NCBI GenBank assembly: GCA_002633005.1
Contig: NMRA01000096.1
Coordinates: 699,691-763,467 of the forward strand
DNA from: Phoronis australis
Taxonomy: Eukaryota > Animalia > Phoronida
DNA: 63,777 nt
Direction: 5' to 3'
Part shown: positions 50,320 through 62,653 of the stretch, piece after piece
Numbering within the stretch: position 1 is the first letter of the stretch
Layout: each line of letters starts with the position of its first letter
The notes under the pieces: generated by a model
What the model was told of the DNA's origin: nothing
Databases searched by the model: none
What the model saw: the letters and a program-made list of their open reading frames with translations, nothing else
Translations under genes and position numbers: made by a program

Positions 50320-53300
50320 CTGAAACAGAGTAAAGTTGAAACATGTTAAACATATGTCCATGATACATGGTAATAATCGTTGAATGACAAACACTTCTAT
50401 GACTCTCACATTAACCAGAACTGTGCCACGCCGGTGTCTTGATTAATGAGCGTGCAGATTACCTTGCTGGCTCATGCACCACCAACCAACCCCTCTAATT
50501 ATATTCGGCTGATGTTAAGCTGCTGGCTCACAAACGCACACTCGAGCAGACTCCATCCCAACTGGCTGAGTTCAATGATGGTAGCCGACTGCTCGAAGAC
50601 GGTATTATTGATGGCCATGCTGCTAAAAGTCAAAAGAAGAGCCATGCCCGAGTGTTGTCAAATCAGATGCTTATAGGCAATGTCAGCCCTGGAGTTCTGC
50701 ACCTTCTGCTGTCACGGGAATGGTCTGGGGAAGAGATTAATGCACCAGCATATATCTCCAATGATCCTGTCTGTGACAGGCATTACAGGTATAACTAGAA
50801 CTGTGAGCTCCTTTTCACTGTTGTACATAAGAAACCGAAGCATCTTTGGACTAAGAGTTGTTGTAAGTATCACTCTAGCATGCTAGATGTCAGATATGGC
50901 AAGCACTTAGCAAACGCCAATTGTCCCAAAGTCACTTGTTATTAAGGCAATGCTTCCTAACTTCAAAGTAATAACACGAGCAATACTCTGATAGGAGCAA
51001 TGAGCAAGGAGCAATGAGCAAAGTATGTCTGTAAAAATACATAATACTCCACAAGAGAAGAAGACAGTTGCACCCCGACTTTGCTGTGAGATAACCAAAA
51101 TCAGGGCTTCGCCAATGTTAGATTTGATAATTGTGAAAACCACTGTCACTGTTACCCGTACCATTATGCCAGTGACCTGCACAAATGTTCAATGGGGGCG
51201 GACTAACCTTGACAAGCCACGCCTTTATGCAAAGTGGGTGGAACTTGTGTTGACATGGTAGACGTGACACTTGTTCATTCAACTCATAGGGACACAGGCA
51301 GATAGGGCAGCACAGCTCAGCAACTGAAACAGAGGCAGCAATGAGGTTAAACATACAAAGTGTATGCGACCCATGGCACACCACTATTTTAACATTATCT
51401 CAAACCTTATTTAGTGACCCCCATTCTAACTCGTGTATCAAAAAACTAAGCTTTGTCAACTGGTAAAAGTATATATTTTCTGCAAGTAAAAAGATCAGGG
51501 AATATTAATATGTTTTCTATTTATGTACCATTATTATTATTACTTTAACACCTTTAAATCAAAATTTCATTTTTAAGAAAGGTACATTCATAGCAAAATA
51601 ACCCCTCGGTTGATTTTAATGAAACCTTTTTAAATGAAAACTTCACCAGTTACCTCAAAAACGTTGTTAGGAATTTTCGATTAGTCTTTTTGTTTGGTTT
51701 CTATGACAAATCAACGCTCAAAATGTAAAGTATTTTTGTAAAAAATAGAAGTCGTATTCATCTTCGTTACATTATGGAAAAACTAGGCCTTTATATCAAA
51801 AATCCAATAGTGTTTTTGAGATTGATGAATAAATATTAAGTTTGGAAAGTTTCAGCGAAATCCATGAAGCCGTTTTCAAGAACTCGTGTTTTTAAGTTCA
51901 AATAAAGTTGATTTGTCGAAGCCTAGAAAAAGCCGATTAAACTAGACACATGAAAAACTCAGTCTTTGGTTAATTATTCAGTGAAAACTTGTTTTCGGTC
52001 AGTATAACCTATACATGCCTTAACAATGTTAGCTATTTCAACATTCACTCGCAATGTCAACTGAATTTTCAGTGCGTAATTAACTTAATTATCAAAACAT
52101 ACAGTCCCCAGCCACTAGATGGAATCAACTGCTACTGTTGTTTGACCTACTTAAAAGTAGGTCACACTTCATTGCTATACACATAGTCTGTACACATCAC
52201 ATGCCGGGAGACTGATACGAAACCAAGTAAGAAATGGATAACAAAAATCTAGTGGTTAAAGTATGTTGTTAGCATGATGTCGAAACAGCGCAATGTTAGT
52301 TTACTTATTAAATTAAGGAATTTGAGTGAAGATTTATCTCTTTTCACAACTTGCTGTGTTCATGACCACAGAGGTGTAAGGTGACTCGTAGCATACATTC
52401 TCAATGATCGTAAGAATGTAGACGCACAACTCCCTCAGGATCAAAACTACATTTAGCCTTTGTTTTCCACGGCACCGTTCTATCATAAGTACACCTCACT
52501 GACTCAACATTATGGCGACTCAGTGAATGAAAGGATTGATGATACATACAAAGCTGCTCCATACCTGGCGGGAGATTCAGCCCTCTAACCTTTGACCATG
52601 GATAAGTAGTAAACAAATATTTACGCGGTTGTACGGTTCCAAGGCAGTTCTGCTAAATCCTTTTTTCTCGCTACACGGTATATATTTTGTATTTGAAGTT
52701 CCCCGCGAATGAAGATAAAGTATTTTGCTAGACACAGGTGAAATATTGTCAAAATGGCCAACTTTGTGAATAAGATTTGAGATTACCTTAAGATGTTGAG
52801 TTGACTCATACCTTGAGATCTTATGTAAAGTAGGTCAACATGAATTAGTTTTTCATGGCTGGGGACGTATTTCCTGAGCCAGAAGTAAATCAATTAAACT
52901 CAATCCATTTCATTCAATGTACTATCAATCGAAATTGTCACATACCCATTTGTGTCTCGTCGATTATCTGAGTGGGCAGATTGTTGATGGCTGTGGGCGT
53001 GGCAGGGGGTGGAGCTTGATCGAGTAAATCAGGGTGAACTGAAAGCATTTGGAGGATAACCGCCTGGAAATAAATATGACAGTGAACATTTGTTGACTAC
53101 AGAGGCAGTTACAACGTCTCAAAAACTTTTTATAACACCACATTAGGTCACGTGATGTGGCCAAAAGATGGCATACAAACAAGATTTAAAAAAGTTTGTG
53201 AACGCCACACATTACTGGGAATACCATTTTCTATGTAAAACTTGTGTGATTACAGAAATTAGGTTAAAACATTAAGTATATATCACTTTCCACTATAAAA

Positions 53301-53819
53301 CTGATTTCAACTTGTTCCTTACTCGAATTCAAGGCACTTTCAGGGATTTGAAAGAATGGGCATGTTATAGTTCGAGATTAAACAACAAGTTGGACTGTCA
53401 TGGTCTCGAGAACTGATAACATCCAATTCTACATACGGTACTCCAGGAATCACCTGAGCAAGGGACAAGTTGAGACCGATTTCATTTGAAGGGAAGCAGA
53501 TGAGTCTAAATTCAAAGTTTGTTTTTTTTTGAAGACGGGTGGTAAAAGGCAGCTTTAAGCACAAGGGTCATTGATGAATCATCAGTATAGACTACAGAGT
53601 AATGAGACCAAATCTCAAAACAGGACAACCAGTTAAACTTGGTTTGAATTTACAATTTCTTCCATATAAAGCTAAGGCGACATGTTTGCTCGGCCAACGA
53701 GAAGAAAACAGCATGAACACATTAGATTTATTCCAGATAAATTGTCGGTAGAATGTAACAGCACACTTTTGACTAAAAAGTAACAGTTTTTAAACTGTAT
53801 TTAAAAATACATTTTCTTC

Positions 53820-53868
<49 letters not shown>

Positions 53869-56800
53869 GCACACTAACATACACGCACACACACACACAC
53901 TCACCGATGAATGCACATATGCAAATACACAAACATACCTGAAACATTGCAGACAGATCAATGAGCCGTGGGTCATAGTCAGAGAAATGCCAGGGAAACA
54001 GATCATTTCTGAAACAATAGAAACACATTTTGTGAATAGCTACAGAGCTTTCATACTGGACAGTCGAAGCACGTCAACAACATACCCACTCTGGAACTTT
54101 ATAAAATGTTCTTTGTAACCAAAAACTGCAGCTGTAACCAGAACAAATCGTATACTGTATAGCTGGTTTGGGACTTTCAGGAAATGTTCGTGATGAACAA
54201 AAGAGCAATCGACTATATGATATCTTGTTTTGCGGTCATACAATGGTCATTTTTAATGCCAACCAATGGGCAATAACAGAATAACGTCATTCGGTTATAT
54301 CAAAGTGATCGCAAGCTGCATGTCAGTACACCCAGAGTGCAAGTGTTAACGTGTACCCAAATGACGTGTACTGAAATTAAGGGAACATTTTAGCCTTTGA
54401 AAACATTGTTTGTACAATGGCGTGATGGTGGTGACTGTGATTCTTTGATGTATGTTTGCATTCACTCTGTGGTTTATATTTTACCATTATCTAAAAATAA
54501 TTGCAACATAAGAATCCAGACAACATAAAATCTAAGAAAGTTCAGATGTGCTGTAGTGGCATGCGAACAAGAAGATCCTGGAATCGAATCACAATGAGTT
54601 CTGCATTACTTAAAAAGAATTCAAATTTCATTACAATAGCAGACTAGGTCAATATGGAGAATTAATGACTTCGGAATAAAGAGTTTTTAATTTCATAATC
54701 TGCCCAAACCATATAAAAACATTCAGAGACAATACTGAACAAGGCCATGATTGAGTGCTTTTAAACATCACCTCAGTATGCACAAAATGAACACTTACAT
54801 CTGACCCAGTTCTTCGCTGTCCTGGCTGTATGACTCGTCATTCATCCAACTGGCTGTAACAAACAAACCAACATTTCTGTAACCACTGGCAACACTTTGT
54901 AGTGTAGAACAAGCAATCTGGCATGACAGTAAGAAAAGTGAATATTTGGAATGGAAAATTTGAAACCCACAATTAAGGGCCCTATCAAAACAAAGGTAGT
55001 TCACGTCATTTCTAAAATCTATTGGTTTATTTACCCCAACCCCTTGCATTTTTACATTATTTGACGCAATGTTTTGGTTGGCCATTTCTCCGGTCATCTT
55101 CAGGTGTTGCAGCATTCTTAGAACGAGCACGGGTGTCTGGTACACTCATGGTGGTCAGTGATGAGCATTTTTCATATTTCTTTGCGCAAGCTGGGTTTGA
55201 ACCTGGGACATTTAGACTGTCTGTGCAGTAATCTAACCACCATCGAAGGTTTGTGTAAACAGACCAGTAGATTTAAGATGATACCGCAGAACCACCTCAA
55301 AACGGTTTTAGGAGGGCAACGTGGTTCTCAGTACAATATCGAAACGAAAGTTGAATCCACTACGCAATGTGCAACCTGAGTAAGTACGGCATAGGTGGCG
55401 TCGTATTTCAGACATGTTTTGGGCTAAAGTTGCCATCTCATCGAGGACTCTTTCTTCTAGATATTGACATTCTGAGAACACGTTCAGTGTGACAGAGCCT
55501 CAAACAAATTGATTTCAAGCACAGCATATTAAAATCCAGGAAAAGTGTTTTGTTACGTTTAAATGTGTACAGTTGCTACTAAAACACTTAAATCAACTAT
55601 GCCAAGGCAATTAAAAGAGCACAGTGGAAGGTACCAAGCTCACTCATCTGTGTACTGTCTTGTTCTCTAGAAAATGAACACAGCCACACTCACCTGTGTA
55701 CTGTCTGTTGTTTTCTAGACAGTGAACACAGTCACACACACCTGAGTATGTACTGTCTTGTTCTCTAGACAGTGAACACTGTCACACCCACCTGTGTACT
55801 GTCTGATGTTATCTAGACAGCTACAGACAAACTCACCAGTCCTGTGTACAGTGAACACAGTCACACTCACCTGTGTACTGTCTGTTGTTCTCTAAACAGT
55901 GAACACAGTCACACTCACCTGTGTACAGTGAACACAGTCACACTCACCTGTGTACAGTGAACATTGTCACACTCACCTGTGTACAGTGAACACTGTCACA
56001 CTCACCTGTGTACTGTCTGTTGTACTCTAAACAGTGAACACAGTCACACTCACCTGTGTACTGTCTGTTGTTCTCTAAACAGTGAACACAGTCACACTCG
56101 AACTCATCGTCAGCATACGCCTCATTACTCGAAGATGACGATGGACTGCCTTTCCTGGATTCGTCCTAAAAATGTAGATGGTTGCATAGTCAACAATACC
56201 CTTAAACAAATAAATTACATAAAGTAACTATCTCTCATTTCCTAAATGACAGAGTCAATTTGATACATGCTATTTACCTACAGGCTGAACAAAGATCTGT
56301 GTCTCTCAAAATTTTGAACCGTCAAGGAAATAATTATCAAACAAACTGTACCTCACACAAACAAAAATTAATTCACATCTTCTCTGATCAGAGATTTACT
56401 GAGATATCACCACTAAACCACTACAATAGTTTGTTACTGTGTAAAAATAGTCCACGGGTTTCCCCAAATTCTACATGTAAGAGAGGTGACACGGACTATT
56501 ATACCAGCATTTCAACAGATACACATCCTCACATCCAGTCAATACCTTAAGACAAACACTATACCTACATAGAAACCTAGACCAGCACGCTCTTGACTGC
56601 ATAGCTTTAAGTAAAATATCACCAATTTTGTACCAACTAATGGCCAAAATTGACCCTTTTCATTTTTGAAGGTCTACCATTGTTGTGAATATCTTAATTT
56701 TTTCAAAATAGTGTTTGTTGGTTGCTATAGTACATAACTGGAACATGTTACGTATCTTTCATGAACAACGAGAAAACAAAATAACACTCGTCTGCCCAGT

Positions 56801-59696
56801 GTGTGCTAGTGAGATTATATGGTAGCCAACAAGCAAAAAGCATCAGTACCTCGGAACCAAGTTCAGCACTCTCCTCGCCACTGGGATACTTCATTTCGTC
56901 AGCACAGCCACTTAAAGCAGGAAGATCTTCTGTGGAAGAGCACTTGCTGCTTGCACAACTAGAACACTGCCGATTAACCAGGCTTTCTGGAAAAGCAAAG
57001 AGATAACATAAAACAATTACAGGCAGTCTGGTACACACTGTACCAGACATGCGCAGGCTGTTCGGGAAGGCCCACAGCACTGATCACCTGGAACCATTTT
57101 CATGCTTTAATATGTAGATAAAACTGAGCTGAGGAGCTAGAGACCTGACTCGAGGGACTAGCAGTGTGCTTCAGTAGGATTCGAACCCACGACCTTTAGT
57201 AAAGAAGCCAACACTTATCCCACTAGGCCACACTGCCTCCTCTAGCCAAGACTGAAGAGGGTACACTTGTTATGAAAGCACGGAATAAATATGGTCTGAA
57301 TAGCCAATGGATGTACGTATTAAGACATTTGAAAAAAGGTATGAAACAGAATCACAAATATTGTAAAACCAAAGTTTGAATTTTAAATGCCAAAAAAGCA
57401 AAACTGGAAAACAAGGTTTAACAGAAGATGTCATGTTCAGATAACTAACTACTCAAATCAATACCAAGGCAAATTGTTTACAGTGAAACTCCATTAATTA
57501 CAAACTGTAAAAAAACTAAGGTCAGTAGAAGCTCACATTGTCAAGACGTTCATGCACGACTTTCAATTTGGAGAAAACATTTAAGGATAATTCGCGATAT
57601 ACCTTACGTTTAATACAAATATTTCAGACGGTCTGTAATGAGCAATGAAAAACCTGGGGCACATCACTTAAGTGAACGTGAATTGGAGGACAATTTTACT
57701 GTTCAAAACCCCACGTGTAAAACTCACAAACCTGAACTTGACGACGATGCAACTAGACTAGGCAATTCCAGGTTATCCAACAGCCTACTACTAAGTGTGT
57801 TCTCACTTGTCGTGTCACTCTCTCTATTGACCACGCCCCCCACTCTGAAGCAGTAGAGTCTCTCAGTGAGCTGATTGGACACCTCCTGCCAGCACTCACC
57901 CTCTACTCCCGACTCCTCATCAGAACACTCCCCACTGTCAGCAGTGTCACAACAACTATCATGACTGACAGGTGTACAGTCGCTTTGCTGACAAACATTA
58001 ACTATATCAGTTACACAAAGACTAGAATTGTTCACAGAATCACTCAAGTGAATAGATTCTATTCCCAAAGTAAAACCCAGTTCACTGACACTATTTGGCA
58101 CAGTTAACATATTACATTCCGAAGCCAATTGAGTTCCCTGATTGTTTGTGAGCTTCTTGTCACTAGGTAGTTTCTTTTTGTGAGGTTTCTTGTGACGCAC
58201 CTCACGCAAGTCTTCACCGCTGCTACTCCTACTGCTGTAACTCAATGCATTACCACAAACCATAGTGTCTCTTTTACAAGAGTCCAGATATGACAGGCCA
58301 CAGTGGCACAGCCTCTTATCGCCACAATCACACTTTGGAAGACTGTCACATGATCGGATAGCATCCAGAAGAATCACTGGACTAGACTTTTCATTATTCA
58401 CATGCGGAAGGTGCTTGTCATTACTAACAGTGCCCGAGTGAAACGACGATGGCCAGAGAGCTTCTGGCGTCAAATGCTGTCGTTTCCGAACAATTTCTAG
58501 TGCTCTACTAGCAAGACTAGTCCTAGTTTTATGCAGCTCACTCTGCAGGCCTTCTTGACTAGATAACTCATCACTGTTACTGCCACAATGGGGTATACTA
58601 AAGTCCTCCAACTGATTATTTGTCAGTGCCATCTTTAACGCTTCGCCCGCTCGTCGCCAGTTATCAATCCTCTCTTTATGATAACTATCAGGGAGCTCAC
58701 TGCCAGCTGTCGTCTTTAAGTCCTCGTTCACAGTTTTTGAAGTCGGTGTGTTTTTGGGTCGTGCCCCAAAACTATTCCATTGAAACGCAGCATTAACGTA
58801 ATTGGAATCAGGTGACCAGTCATGAGCAGGCCTGAGCGATGAGCTGCACACCCAATCACACGACTCTGAACTAGGTAACGAGTGGCCACTTCCGTTAGGT
58901 GAAGTCAGTAAACAAGGAGACCACGGTTTGGGGCGCATCAGCACACTTGGCCCATCACGATCAGTTAACTTAACAGAGTCATTGTAAGATGTCACGGTAG
59001 TGCCATGTTCGCAGTGCAGTTCAGCAAGCTTCTCACAGTCAGGCTCGACAGACACTCGGTCTGCATGACTAGCTTTGGGCAATTGAGTGATGGGTGGTGC
59101 CTCTTCATNTCTTGACTAGATAACTCATCACTGTTACTGCCACAATGGGGTATACTAAAGTCCTCCAACTGATTATTTGTCAGTGCCATCTTTAATGCTT
59201 CGCCCGCTCGTCGCCAGTTATCAATCCTCTCTTTATGATAACTATCAGGGAGCTCACTGCCAGCTGTCGTCTTTAAGTCCTCGTTCACAGTTTTTGAAGT
59301 CGGTGTGTTTTTGGGTCGTGCCCCAAAACTATTCCATTGAAACGCAGCATTAACGTAATTGGAATCAGGTGACCAGTCATGAGCAGGCCTGAGCGATGAG
59401 CTGCGCACCCAATCACACGACTCTGAACTAGGTACCGAGTGGCCACTTCCATTAGGTGAAGTCAGTAAACAAGGAGACCACGGTTTGGGGCGCATCAACA
59501 CACTTGGCCCATCACGATCAGTTAACTTAACAGAGTCATTATAAGATGTCACGGTAGAGCCATGTTCGCAGTGCAGTTCAGCAAGCTTCTCACAGTCAGG
59601 CTCGACAGACACTCGGTCTGCATGACTAGCTTTGGGCAATTGAGTGATGGGTGGTGCCTCTTCATCTGATGGAGGGCCAGGGATCCTTCCAGCCAT
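50278..59696 (-). CDS. PJA2-like: Praja-like RING-H2 E3 ubiquitin ligase, whole gene span (8 coding exons, 685 aa after removing the 557-nt assembly duplication)
   Basis: Manual join complement(59696-57732,56986-56850,56165-56054,54853-54799,54008-53939,53063-52946,51323-51208,50319-50278); all introns GT..AG with matching phases; 2058 nt = 686 codons. C-terminus [48 protein letters not shown] resembles Praja ([12 protein letters not shown]); long acidic/Ser-rich N-terminus. Confidence 0.85.
51208..51323 (-). CDS. PJA2-like: Praja-like coding exon 7 (RING-H2 core)
   Basis: TTTCAG acceptor, [38 protein letters not shown], donor AAG|GTTAGT; phase 1 to 0. Confidence 0.92.
52946..53063 (-). CDS. 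PJA2-like: Praja-like coding exon 6
   Basis: TTTCCAG acceptor, [39 protein letters not shown] (pre-RING PPA..I..LP motif), donor GTATGT; phase 0 to 1. Confidence 0.88.
53823..53900 (+). repeat. (CA)n microsatellite
   Basis: About 20 perfect CA units plus a degenerate extension, in the intron just downstream of Praja-like exon 5. Confidence 0.97.
53939..54008 (-). CDS. PJA2-like: Praja-like coding exon 5
   Basis: TTTCAG acceptor, NDLFPWHFSDYDPRLIDLSAMFQ, donor CAG|GTATGT; phase 2 to 0. Confidence 0.82.
54799..54853 (-). CDS. PJA2-like: Praja-like coding exon 4
   Basis: TTACAG acceptor, SWMNDESYSQDSEELGQ, donor GTAAGT; phase 1 to 2. Confidence 0.8.
55170..55245 (-). mobile_element. Degenerate tRNA-derived SINE head
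   Basis: Minus strand GATGGTGGTTAG (A box-like) .. CCAGGTTCAAACCC (B box). Confidence 0.5.
55641..56099 (-). repeat. Minisatellite of 48-bp and 29-bp units derived from the exon 3 end and its splice donor
   Basis: Unit (minus) GAGTGTGACTGTGTTCACTGTTTAGAGAACAACAGACAGTACACAGGT, about 11 copies; 29-bp internally deleted variants at 55919-56005. Confidence 0.93.
56054..56165 (-). CDS. PJA2-like: Praja-like coding exon 3 (3' end is the first unit of the minisatellite)
   Basis: TTTTTAG acceptor, DESRKGSPSSSSSNEAYADDEFECDCVHCLENNRQYT, donor CAG|GTGAGT; phase 0 to 1. Alternative in-frame donor at 56006. Confidence 0.8.
56850..56986 (-). CDS. PJA2-like: Praja-like coding exon 2
   Basis: TTTTCCAG acceptor, ESLVNRQCSSC..AELGSE, donor GAG|GTACTG; phase 1 to 0. 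Confidence 0.75.
57166..57240 (-). mobile_element. tRNA-derived SINE head or pseudo-tRNA
   Basis: A box TGGCCTAGTGG and B box GGTTCGAATCC at tRNA spacing; no good acceptor or anticodon stem and no oligo-T terminator. Confidence 0.65.
57732..59696 (-). CDS. PJA2-like: Praja-like coding exon 1 (large, Ser/acidic; contains the assembly duplication)
   Basis: Branch point CTAAC and TTTTCTAG acceptor at 59707; ACAACATGG start at 59696; donor TCAG|GTTTGT at 57732 (phase 1). 1408 nt after removing the duplication. Confidence 0.8.
58553..59665. other. Assembly overlap: 58553-59108 repeated at 59110-59665 across a single N (59109)
   Basis: Two 556-bp copies abutting the N with a few SNPs; removing one copy plus the N restores a continuous ORF. 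Confidence 0.93.
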
Positions 59697-62505
59697 GTTG
59701 TGACAACTAGAAAACATGTACAGTTAGTGAGCATTATGATAAGACTACGACTTCTGGAAGCCACCAAAAACAGAAATGTGTAATAATAACTCTGATGCCA
59801 TTCAGGTAAGAAAATGCTAAAAACAGCCATTCGTGCACAGTTTTTGGGACATAAATGCAGTGAAAGATGCAGACCAACTTATCACTAGTCAGTTCTTAGC
59901 ATCATTTTTTCAAGTCAAAAAATCACTTCTAATGTTGGTAACAAACTAATTACTTTCAAAGACCGTACCTGTCAATAGATGTTCTGATCAGTAAGCTTAC
60001 TCAGTAGGTACACGTCACATGTCGTATTCACTATGTTCCGGTGCTGGTGCATTGGGTGTGTCTTCTTATTCAAGATGTTTTGTTTGTTACGTTGTACTAA
60101 TAAAGGTATATTATTCATTTGAGCAATCTTGCCAAAATCAGCAACAGCAGGGCAATGATTGCACTACTTCCAAAACTTTATGAGGGGAGACAATCATCCT
60201 CCCTTACGTAACAATTACCAGGTATCTTTACACAATTCCATTCTGATGAATATGACTCTTTTCTCGCAGGCAGTTTTTCTTTTCTCATGTATCATTACCA
60301 CGAGCAGGACCCTCGTTCATCCAAGGAAAAAGGTGCCTTGCCTTCTGAGAGAAGAATATTTTGGGGTGAGGTGAAAATTCTACTTCTCAATCACCATAAA
60401 TAGACCCCACCCAGTTGCACGCCCTCATAGGCTCTGCCTCAAATAGCCAAAATTAACATTTTGTCACCTGGGTGAGTTACAAGTGATTTGAATCTCAATG
60501 GGAATTTTTCAACCACTTGAGGTGGAATTTTTCGACATCATTAGGGTAATTTCGCCCGATTTTTCAACATTTATCAGCCCCAAAATCAAGGGATTGAGGG
60601 CCTTGACATGAACTGCATATACTTCATATCAATTGTACAGATAACATAGCTATTTCTTGTGAACAAACAAATCAGAATGAAAATACAATTCAATCTGAGT
60701 TTACAACATACTGGTATTGGCACAAAATGTTTGACAAATATAATCCGTACACTTACATGACAAAACACAGCACGGAAATTTTACAACCATAGTTAGGTAG
60801 GAATATTTTTATTTAATTGTACTAGCACTCACTTCCAGAAGAGATTTAATAATTGCATTTATTATTCAGTCAGATAAGTGAAGTCCAAGCACAAAAAGAC
60901 CAGAAATATATTCGCCTATAGGTGGCATCTGGGGAAAGTATTATATTGTAACATTTATTGACAGCTAGGAGAGCTGGATTTATTATTTTGCTCTGTACAA
61001 TACCAATCTAATTATCTGGGAAATACTTGGGGAATGGCTTCAGCCTTTAATAAGCCCGATCCGGTGTTGAATAAATGTAGGTGAGTCGAAAAAATACATA
61101 CAGTCAAGTGACCTAATTATCGGACGTTTTGGCTCATTTTGCATTATATTGAATTGAAAATACTACAGATTGTTGTAAATTCTTTGCTGAAATAAAGATT
61201 TACCTTTACGGCATTGTTCTGTTACTATATCTTGTCATCGAAAGTCATATTTATGTTCCGACTGATCTTTAAAAAACACAACTAGCAAAAATTCGGAGAA
61301 CCTAAATATCAGACACCATGTTTCCCCATACGCCACACCGCGGAAAACTGACTAACCACATAATGGCCGCGGGCACCTTGTAGCCAAATTTCAGCTCGAG
61401 TGTTTTGACATATATGCTGCAAGAACACAGGTCCATTTGCAACAAATTTATCCATCAAATGACATCTGATGACGCCGCCAAGTCGTTTCAATGAATCAAT
61501 GCAGACGACAAAAGCACGTGCAAAGTCACTGCAGTTTTTAGTATCTCTTTGGCTTCTTGATATGACACCCGCACATGCGCGGTCGGGGTTTGACTTGAGT
61601 TTAAAAACAAATGAAAAAATAGAACAGTGACATATTGTCAGTTCAATGAGATGGTATCATTGCAGAAAAAGATTTTGTTTTCAACTTTTATAATTGATTT
61701 ATGCGATCGTCCATTTTAGGCCAACTTGGAGGTCTAAATTGCACCCTCTCTTGGTGAAATCAAAACGAGGCAACGCTGTAACAAAAACGAGACGGTGCCG
61801 GACATTGAATGCATTACAGCGGAACAAAAATTGGAGTCATTTAATTCTCAGATTATGCTTCAAGTAAGATTTTATGAAATGTTCCATATTTAGGGTCTGT
61901 CCGATAATTTACACAATGTGTAATTATCTATTTTTTAGTTCATTTAATAAAAAATGCACATCAACGGAAAGAATACAAAAAAAAATTCTACCCAGAAAGT
62001 ATACCTAGGACTGGTGAAATACTAACAATCGCTCATAGGCCCCGTAGGCCTAGGTTTGATAAGTATTCTGGAACAGGCACATTGACTGAACTCACCCTGC
62101 CCTTCCGGCGGCACTGGGTGTGAGGGCACGTTGATGCAAAAACTGGACTTGTCCAGGAAAGTCAGGCAACAAAATTTATTGAGACTGATGCAATACGAAT
62201 CTGAATTGACGGAAGGCAAAGCATCAGGAACATGAAACCAAAGTAAGGCAATAAAAAACTTACAAAGACGGTTTCAGTCCCAAGAAAAAATTGTGGTTCT
62301 TCCAAAGTTTCAACATCAGACGGAAGAGGGCACTAGTGCATCGCGCAAGTTATTTTTCACAATATAATTATACAATACATTTTACTAAAATTTATATCAT
62401 TTAAAATTTTAATATATTATTTAAATATTTTTTGTGTCTTAAAAAGTGACATAAAAGAAGATAACATGAATATCATTAAAAGTTTAGTTGGTTCGCTATG
62501 TAAAA

Positions 62506-62519
62506 ATTGCCAAGGCGAC
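62506..62519. promoter_or_regulatory. X-box-like (RFX) motif
   Basis: ATTGCCAAGGCGAC versus consensus GTTGCCATGGCAAC, about 80 bp upstream of ATG 62601. Confidence 0.45.
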
Positions 62520-62600
62520 AAGGAGAAACCGGAAAAGCCATTTTTGTTGACTACTTTGCTGCATTTTTTATTATACGTGTCTTCAAAGGCAAAGGTCAAC

Positions 62601-62653
62601 ATGCCTAAGCCTAAAAAGGGAAAGAAAGGCTCCGGGAAGAAAGGGAAGAAGGG
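62601..62653 (+). CDS. Probable first coding exon of an unidentified gene with a Lys/Gly-rich N-terminus
   Basis: TCAACATGC start context, MPKPKKGKKGSGKKGKK(G), then donor GG|GTATGC; I could not identify further exons in the window. Confidence 0.6.

Noticed and set aside
51118-51384. Stand-alone truncated RING protein
   Set aside because: The missing final CxxC is supplied by the exon at 50319-50278 through a canonical intron.
53773-54028. Cys/Val-rich proteins (CVCVCV..)
   Set aside because: Translation of a (TG)n microsatellite; only 54008-53939 is exonic.
55641-56099. CRISPR-like array
   Set aside because: Units are contiguous with no unique spacers, there are no cas genes, and the context is eukaryotic; it is a minisatellite. 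The plus-strand ORF 55964-56227 is a by-product of it.
57166-57240. Functional tRNA gene
   Set aside because: A and B boxes are present but the acceptor and anticodon stems do not pair well and there is no terminator; a SINE head is more likely.
57724-59717. Two tandem paralogous ORFs (452 aa and 241 aa)
   Set aside because: The duplication is bounded exactly by a single N; collapsing it yields one in-frame exon.
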